Assembly: GCA_046081905.1 (NCBI GenBank)
Contig: JBJTWS010000082.1
Span: 1 to 41,343, forward strand
Origin: Synechococcus sp.
GTDB lineage: Bacteria; Cyanobacteriota; Cyanobacteriia; PCC-6307; Cyanobiaceae
Reading direction: 5' to 3'
Length of the DNA stretch: 41,343 bases
The notes beneath the pieces were generated by a model, which saw only the letters and a list, made by a program, of their open reading frames with translations, searched no databases and was not told the origin of the DNA. The first letter of the stretch is position 1. Each line of letters opens with the position of its first letter. The position numbers were made by a program, and so were the translations under genes. Of this stretch, positions 9,220 to 18,200 are shown piece by piece.

Positions 9220-12200
9220 ATGACCGGCGCTGCGGGGGGCAAGGGGTCTGCGGTGATCGGGGCTTGGGGCTCCGGGAGTCGTTCGGGCCGCTGGTGCCCC
9301 GCCCACTCCCTGGCGCCCCTGGCCCTGGGTTTGCTGGGTTCCCTGCTGCTGGCAACCCCCTCCCAGGCGGATGTGGCCGGTGCCGGTGGCGCCCGCAGCC
9401 TCGGCACCCGGGTGAACGGGGTGGATGGTGGCCGTTGCGGGTCAGGCTTGTGCGGGGTGAGCGGCGGTACCGGCAGCGGCAGCAATCTGTTTCACCGCTT
9501 TGCGGAATTTGATACGCGGGGCGGCCGTATCCACGGCGTTTCGATCGATTCCTCCGGCTACCGCAACGTGATCGTGGGGGTGATTCACCCCCAGGGCAGC
9601 TTCATCGACCGAACGGTGGCCCTCACCAGTGCCGGCAATCTCTTCTGGCTGTCCCCTGGCGGGATTCAGATCAGTGGGGCGGGCGGCTTCCAGGGGGTGA
9701 GCCAGCTCAACCTCAGCACCGCCACGGGGCTGCGGGTGGGTGGCTTCGTGTTCGACGCCCTCTCCACCACCGCTCTCCAGGCGGCCCAGCTGAGTGGCGA
9801 GCCGCTGGCCGGGCGCGCTGGGCTGGTCACCGATCCCGCCACCCTGGCGGAGATGGGGCTGCTCTCCAACGGCGACCTCTCGATTTCCGGCGGGTTGCTC
9901 ACCGTGGATCAGGGGCTGCTGCTGGATGCGCAGGGCGGCAACGTGCTGCTGCAGGCGGCCGGCCTGCAGGTTCCTGGCGGCTCGGTGGAGCTGGCCGGTC
10001 GCAACGTGGCGCTCACCGACAGCACCGTGGATGTGAGCAGCACCACCGGCTCCGGCGGCAGCATTGCCGTGAGCGGCGAAACGGTGAACCTCACCAGAAG
10101 TGTGCTCGATGCCAGCGGTGGTCTCGGGGGGGGCTCGATCAGTCTTGATGCGGTTCAGGAGGTGAGCCTGCAGGGTTCCGACCTTCTGGCCCGGGGCGGG
10201 GGCGGCTCTGCGGTGGAACTGCAGGATCAGGTAGTTGTAACCACGGAGGATGCGCGGACAGCCGCCTCCATGGAGGATTCCACCGCCACTGGCACGTACG
10301 AGGGGGACGAGGTGGCCAGCCCACCAGTGCCGCCTTCTTCTGAGGAGCCCACCATGGAGGAGCCGGTGGCTGCGCCGGTACCTCTGCCGGCGAGGAATGT
10401 GTCTGGCAGCCTGGCGGAGGGTGATCCCGCTCAAGGCGGCTCGATACAGATCGAGGCTGAGACGGTGCTGATCACGGGAGGATCGATTAATGCCTCTGGT
10501 ACCGACGGCAGTGGTCAGGTGACCCAGACCGATGGGCTCTCCGATTCCTGGACCCTTGGGCCGGCAGCAGGTTCCGTGTCGCTCCAAGGCCGCGGCGGTT
10601 CGGTGGCGATCGAGGGAACCAGCGTGCTGCAGGGGGGCACGATCAATGCCGCCGGTTCCAGCGGCGGCAGCGTTTCGATCATGGCCGGGGACCTGGTGAG
10701 CGGTGCACCGATCTTCACCCCCGGCATCGCTGGCCAGGGGGGTGATATTCGCCTGTTGGCCGAGCGCTCCATCTTGCAAACCACGAGTTCCGCGCTCGAC
10801 GCCAGTGGCCTTGATGGGGGTGGATTAATCCATCTTCAGGCCGGCACGGACCTCCTCGTTTCCGGCATGCTCCGGGCCGTGGGGGAAGGTGCCACGGCGG
10901 AGGGTGGTCTCCTTGAGGTTTCCTCCGGCGGGAAGGTTTCCCTCCTGGCAGCAAGCCTCGATGCAGGCGGTGGAGGTGGTGGCGGCACCATCCATGTGGG
11001 TGGTGGCTTTCAGGGAGCTGCCCTGGAGGGGGGGGGCACCAATGCATCGGTGGCATTGGTGAACGGATACACGAGCCTCAAGGCGAACGCTCGTCAGAGC
11101 GGGAATGGCGGCACGATCGTGGTCTGGTCTGAGCAGTCCACCGATTTCTACGGATCGGCAGAGGCCATGGGGGGCAGTCTGCTCGGTGATGGCGGCTTGA
11201 TCGAGGTTTCTGGGAGGGAGAGTCTCGTTTTCGGTGGCGTCGCTGATGCCTCAGCCCCCAATGGCGCGCCAGGCTCGCTGCTGCTGGATCCCAAGAACAT
11301 CATTATCGACGCCTCGGGAGTTGGCGGCTTTAGCTATTCTATCGAGAACATTATCTTGCCTGACGGCGACTCGAGGGTCAGCCTTATCGAGACTTTCCTC
11401 GCTGATAGTCGCATCCTTGTTAGCGATCTGAGCGCCTCATTTGCAGGTGTTTCGGGGGCGGCCTATTTTTTTGATGGTTCAACGGGCGCCCTTCTCGGGG
11501 CCCTATATGGTGTCGAAGAATTTGGGGAGGGCGATACTATTCTGGGTTCAGGTCTTGCCTCCAGCAAGTTATTTTTGTTTTCTCCTTATGCTGATGTGGC
11601 TGGAGTGGCCGATGCAGGTGCTCTTACCTGGGTGGACCTCAGCCCGGTGGGCTCCAGCACCCCTTCGATTCGTTTCGTGGACGGCAGCTCTATTGCTGTT
11701 ATTGGCAGCAGCATATCCCTCGTGGGAGGCTCCACTGGGGACTTCAGTGGTTATTCTTTAGAAGGGGCTTATGCGGGCGCTGATTCTGCGTTAAATGGAA
11801 GCATCTACAACTATCTTGTTCTTACCCCCGGCTGGGATGGCGCTGGCATCATTGATGTTGGTGCCGTCACTTGGATCGAGGGGGCGTCGGGCCAGCTCTC
11901 CGGCGGCAAGAATGGGGCGCTGATCGGAACTGGCCACTCTCTAGTGGGGAGCAACACAGGAGACTTTGCATCTCCCTACCTACGCGATCTGGACCAACAA
12001 GCAGACTATAATAGGCTAATTCTTACCCCGCTGTGGGATAACGCATTGCAGGTGGATGCCGGAGCTCTCACCTGGATCAATTCCAATAATGGTCTGCTTG
12101 CCGATGGTGCCACGGGAGGGGAGATTACGGCAAGCCGTTCCTTGCTCAACACAGGCAGCGCAATCTATAATTTAAATTCCGTCGACGAAGATGGCACTAT

Positions 12201-15200
12201 CTTCGTCGACAACACTTATCAGTTCTACACGGTTCGCGACGATTTCTTTGAAGGGGGCGGATCTGTGCTGGTTTATAGCGGTGGCTGGGATGCTGGCTCC
12301 GAAGTGGATGCCGGGGCCATCACGTGGATGGACGGGCGTTCAGGCGGGTTAGTGGACGGGAACTCTGGGGGGTTGATTTCCTCTCTGAACTCCTTGGTGG
12401 GAAGCAGCACAGGTGATTTGAGTATATACGAAGGATCTGCCGACCAGGGTTCCTACTATTTCTACTACTACGCCTACATTGATCGGCGGGACGGCACCCT
12501 GCCTGGCGATGGTGCGCCACTTCCTGTCTCCACCGTCTTGCTTGGGCTCCCCTCCTGGGATGGGGCCACCGCCTCCGACGCTGGCGCTGCCCTCTGGCTC
12601 AATCTCGATGCCTCCACAGGTGTTGCTCGCTTGGCGGATGGCTCCCCTGCTGCTGGTGTGATCGGTACAGGCAATTCCTTAGTGGGTTCCAGCTCCAATG
12701 ACCAGATTGGTCAGTCCGGAACCCAGCTCAGTCTCTACTCCCAAGACTTCGCGAACGGTCGCCTGCTGCTTCTGAATCCCAACTGGGACAATGCCACCCT
12801 GGCAGACACCAACTCCGGTGTGATTGCAGTAGATGCCGGCGCGGTGACCTGGCTCAACCCGTTCACCGGCGCCCTCGCCGATGGTTCCTCTGCATTTGGG
12901 GCAATCTCCAGTGCAAATTCGCTGGTGGGTACGAGCACGAATGATCGGATCGGATCATCTGTAGAGGAGGTTTACCCCCAAGAGAACTTCAACTTCTCCC
13001 CCTATGTTCTGCTTACCGCTTCTGGCTGGGACAACGGTGCTGTCGCACCGGATGCTGGTGCCCTGCTCTGGATCCGCGGCAGTGATGGATCCCTGGCCCA
13101 GGACGCGACCAGTACCGTCGCGCCCCCTCCGGCGGTGGGAAATGTGTCTCCCTCCACGGCCCTGGTGGGCAGCTCCGCTGGCGATGGGGTGGGTGCCGGC
13201 CTGAATTTCCTCTACGGGCCATACGACAGTGAGTTGCTTGCCTATCCCACTCCCAACCTCCTGTTGGCCACCCCCAGCTGGGATAACGGATCCATTGTGG
13301 ATGCCGGAGCGGTTACCTGGATTTCTTTGGATACTGGCAGGCTCTCGAATGGAGCGCCTGCCCTTGGATTCCTGGGCAGTGCCAACTCCTTGGTGGGATC
13401 TTCAGCCGGTGATCAGATCGGTTCCCGGGTCGAGGCCAGCTATGCCTACCAGGACGACGCCCCCCAGAACCCCTTGATCGTGGCCCCGGGTTGGGACGGC
13501 CCCTCTGCGGTGGATGCCGGCGCCGTGACCTGGATCAGCCGCGACACCGGCAAGCTGGCCACAGGGGCTGGCAGCTTCGGCTCCATCTCCTCGCTGAACT
13601 CTCTGGTGGGTTCCTCCACGGGAGATCAGGTGGGCCAGAAAAGTGTCACCCTCACCAATTTCTTCACCGGTAGGGGCGGGCCCGTGACTGTGGCTCTGCT
13701 CACCCCGGACTGGGATGCGGGTTCCACTGCTCCGGATGCTGGTGCCGTGACCTGGCTTGACCTACGGAATGGCATCTTCGCAAGTGGGTCTGCGGCGGTA
13801 GGAGCGGTGAGTGCGAGTAACTCCTTGGTAGGACGCTCCGCAGGGGATGCCATAGGAGCGTCCTATTCCCTCCAGTTCAACATCGACAGTGGCGCCTCCC
13901 TAGCGCTCCTCTCTGGCGGCTGGGATAACCCTGAAACCAGTGCCGCCGATGCTGGCGCCTTTACTTGGATGAATGGTGTTACTGGAAATCTGGCCGATGG
14001 CTCCACACCGGCAATTGGAGCGATCTCAAACCTCAATTCGCTGGTGGGTACAAGCATGGGCGATCGGGTGGCTGACGCCAACCTTACTGATCAAAGCTCT
14101 AACGGGATGCTGCTGCGCATGCCCTCCTGGGATTTAACGGGTCCTATCCTTTCCCTTTCCATTGTTTTCGAGTCAAGTGGAGTCGGAGTTGGGGGAACTA
14201 CGTTTTTCGCGGATGGAGAATATATCTTGCTGAGCGACGTTTCAATAATTAGCCTGAATGGCGACGGCGGTTTGGATCCGACATTTCGGTTGATCGGTCC
14301 TGGCGGGGCGATAGATCCCTCTGTTATAAACTTTGACAATGTTGGCCCTAATGAGCCCTTTAACGCAAGTTTCTTCAACGTTCCTCAGGGCACTTATTCT
14401 GTGGAAGTAACTATGCCAGCTGCGGCCGGTGCGGCAAGTAGTTCCTCGGGTTTTTTTGTGACTTTGTCCGCGCCAGCGCAGGAGTCTGTTGGACTCATCG
14501 CTGCCGATGCTGGTGCCGTTGCCTGGGTGAACCTTTCAAATGGGAGTCTTGGTGACGGCTCGTTGGCGATCGGTGATCTCTCCAGCGCGAATGCTTTTGT
14601 GGGCACCTCCTCTGGAGATCAAGTGGGCTTAGCTTACGACTCCGACCTGATCGGAAGCCCGTTCTGGGATGACCCAAACGGTAATATTGCGGATGTTGGC
14701 GCTCTCACCTGGCTCAACCTCGCCACGGGCCAGCGTAGCGATGCAGGTGTTCTGATTGGTGCTCTAAGCAGCTCAAATTCCCTTGTCGGTGGCAGCAGTG
14801 GTGATCGAGTCGGAGCTTTCTCCAGTACGCAATCCAATGTGTCAGGCGAGGTTGTCGAGAGCTATCTGGTGCAGGCCCCGCAAAATAATGGGACCAGGCT
14901 GCTGGGCTCGCCGGATTTCGACGGATCTGGTATCGCCGACTCCGGAGCAGTTACGTTTTTGGACGTGATTCAAGGAAGACTTGTCAACGACCAACTGATT
15001 GAGGGCATCCTGGGGCCCTCCAACTCTCTCCTTGGTGCAACAGTTGGTGAGCGTTTTGGCGTGCTTGCAATCAGTGGGCCTGGGGAGCAGTCAATGGTCT
15101 TTGATGCTAATGAAGGGGTGCTGCTACATAGCCCCGGATGGGATGCCGGTAGCGTCGAGGATGCTGGTGCTTTTGCATGGATGCGCACAATCGATGGTCA

Positions 15201-18200
15201 GCTCTCCGATGGCACCTTTTCCGGGGTCATTGGATCCTCCAATGCACTGCTTGGCAGCACGGCTGGTGATACCGCTGATCTTGGTGCGACCAACATCTTT
15301 GGGAACAATCTGGCATTTTTCCCAAACTGGCATGATCCAACCAGTGGTTTATCTGTTGGGGCCATGGCCTGGGTCTCGGGTTCAACGGGTGCCTTGGCAA
15401 ATCAAGCGAGTGGGGGCACCATTGAATCGGTGGCTCTACGCGGAGCCATGGCTGGGGATTTTGACGGTTATTCTACCCTCTCCCTTGGAGGCAATGCACT
15501 GGTCTTTACCCCTGGTTGGGACAACGGACCGATCATTGATGCTGGCGCAATGACCTGGGTCAACATGTCCAATGGTCAGCTGACCTCCAATCTGGATGCA
15601 TCTCCTGTGACCTTCGAAACCCTGGGAGCCTCTGTATCTCTTGTGGGCAGTGCTAGTGGAGATTTTTCTGGATTCACCCTCGAAAATGTGGGTGGTGGCA
15701 GTGCTGTTCTGCTCACGCCCATGTGGGATCAGGGTATTCTAGAGGATGCCGGTGCTGCCACTTGGTTGCAGGGGGCTACCGGCCAGCTTGCTGGTACCCA
15801 AGGTCCCATTCTAGGCACGATTGGCCCTGAGCGGTCAATCGTTGGTAGTGCCTCTGGCGATTTCGCCTCTGCATCACTGCTCACTGTAGGGAGTAATCGC
15901 CTGATCTTTACCCCATTCTGGGATGATGGTGTTCGCCAGGATGTGGGGGCACTCACCTGGATCGATTCCGCCATGGGTTTGCTCAGTGATGCATCCAGTG
16001 CAGGAAACATCGGAACCGGGATCTCCCTTGTTGGTACCAGTACTGGAGACTTGTTCGACATCGGGCTCCGCTCCTTGTCCGCCGGGCCGGTACTGATCAG
16101 TACCCCTCGCTGGAGCGATGGCGTGCAGACCGATGCTGGCGCGCTCACCTGGATGAACACTTCCAACGGTCTCCTGGCTGATGGCAGCAGCGGTGGCGCG
16201 ATTGGTATCAGTAATTCACTGCTGGGCACGGGATACAGGCCTGGAGATAGCACTGATCTTTTTTATGCCATTAATGAGTTCTCCTTTGTCGCCGAGGATG
16301 GCTCCTCGGGTCAAAGCTTGCTAATCTACAGCCAATACTTGAATCCGGATTACAGCTCCGCCGTTGCGATTGACTCCGGCAGAGGCGCTCTCACTTGGAT
16401 GGATGCTGGTACGGGTAGGTTGGTCAATGGGTCCAGTGGAGGATTCATTGATTCATTAAACTCCTTGGTGGGATCAGCCGCTGGGGACTTCAGGCCGGAA
16501 AGGGACAGCTATTTGCCATGTACTCTGTGTGGCTTCTTTACTCCTTCTCAGATCTACGCTGAGTTCAATCTGATTCGAAGTGGATCGCAGGTCTTGGTTC
16601 GCAGTCCCTTCCTCGATCTGGGCACCTTGTCGAATGTTGGCGCTGTCACTTGGATTGATATGGCCACTGGGCGCCTCGGTGACGGCATCACTCTTGCCTC
16701 AGGCGTTCTCGGTTCAGCAAACTCACTCGTAGGAACGGGAGCTAATGAATTCTATGGGTCCCGATTTCTTGGCCTCCAACCCCAGTTCTACGACACCGAT
16801 GACCGACAGGGTTGGTATTTTGGCTCGAATCCTGTGCCAGAGCTGGATCGTATCGTTGTACGTTCTCCCGACGCTTTGATTAATGGCAATCCTGGAGCAG
16901 GGGCGGTAACCTGGATCGATTTAGCGCATGGTTTGCTGGCTACGGGAGCTCCGGTTGTGGGCGTCGTAGGCAGTACCAATTCCTTGGTTGGTACTTCTAG
17001 CGGGGATGCGCTGGGAGAGGAGTACACACGGCTCACTGGCGACTCTTCCTCATGGAATCTCAGTTTTGAAACTCCCAACTGGGACAACGGAGTGGCCACT
17101 GATGCTGGTGCAGTTACCTGGATTCAGGGCAATACCGGCCAATTCGCACTCGGATTAGCAGGTGTAGGACCGATCAGTTCTGCCAACTCTCTAGTTGGCA
17201 GTTCCAGCAATGACGAAATCGGCAGAAACCTCCGGTTACTGGGTCAAGTGCGATCCGATAGTTTCGGTTCCTATGGCTCCAGTGTGGCTTACATCAGCAG
17301 TGGCTGGGACAATGGATCAGCAACTGATGCAGGCGCCGTTATATGGATGAACGGATTTAATGGACAGTTGGCTAATGGTGCTTCTGCCTTTGGTGTTGTG
17401 AGTAGTGCTAATGCTTTGGTGGGAAGCACGTCCGGTGACGGAATTGGTTCGTTTACAGAGGATGTCGGCTACTCCTCCTCTGGTTCCGGTGTCAATCTGC
17501 TTCTTCTCAGTGGAGAATGGGACAACGGGTCCTTGGTGGATGCTGGAGCTGTGACCTGGATCAAGGGCTCCACTGGGCAGCTCATGAATGGAGAGGCTGC
17601 AATCGGACCAGTTAGCGCTACCTTCTCTTTAGTAGGTTCTCAGACGGGGGATCGGCTTGGTGGAGACTACCTGACCTTCGGCTCGATCTTCAACTTCGGA
17701 GAGGGTCCCTCGGAGTCTTCCTACGGTCGGAATGTCTTGCTGATCTCGCCAGATTGGGATGCGGGGGAAGTTCAGGATGCGGGAGCGGTCACCTGGATTA
17801 GTGGTTCTACCGGCTTGATGGTGGATGACACAGGAACTGGTGTGGTGAGCTTCTCCAATTCCTTGATTGGAAATTCTGCCGGCGATCGGGTTGGATCCTC
17901 GGTTGTCAAGATTTCAGATGATCGCTTGGAACCGAATGCCTTCCTCGTGAACGGTCCCGGTGCGACAGATCCGGGCACTGGCAACCCGACCAACACATCC
18001 ATGAGCATAGAAAATCGCATAGTTCAGGATGTTACGATTTCTAGCCGTCCTCCCCTTTCCATTCTGCCGGACTCAGGCGATTCTGGAGTAATTAATAGTG
18101 CGTTTTTGGTTGGCACTGACCCTGGCATAAATGTCACCATTCTTCCCGGGGCCATTACATCCATAGTGAGCACCGGTACTAATGTGACCTTGCAGGCTGC

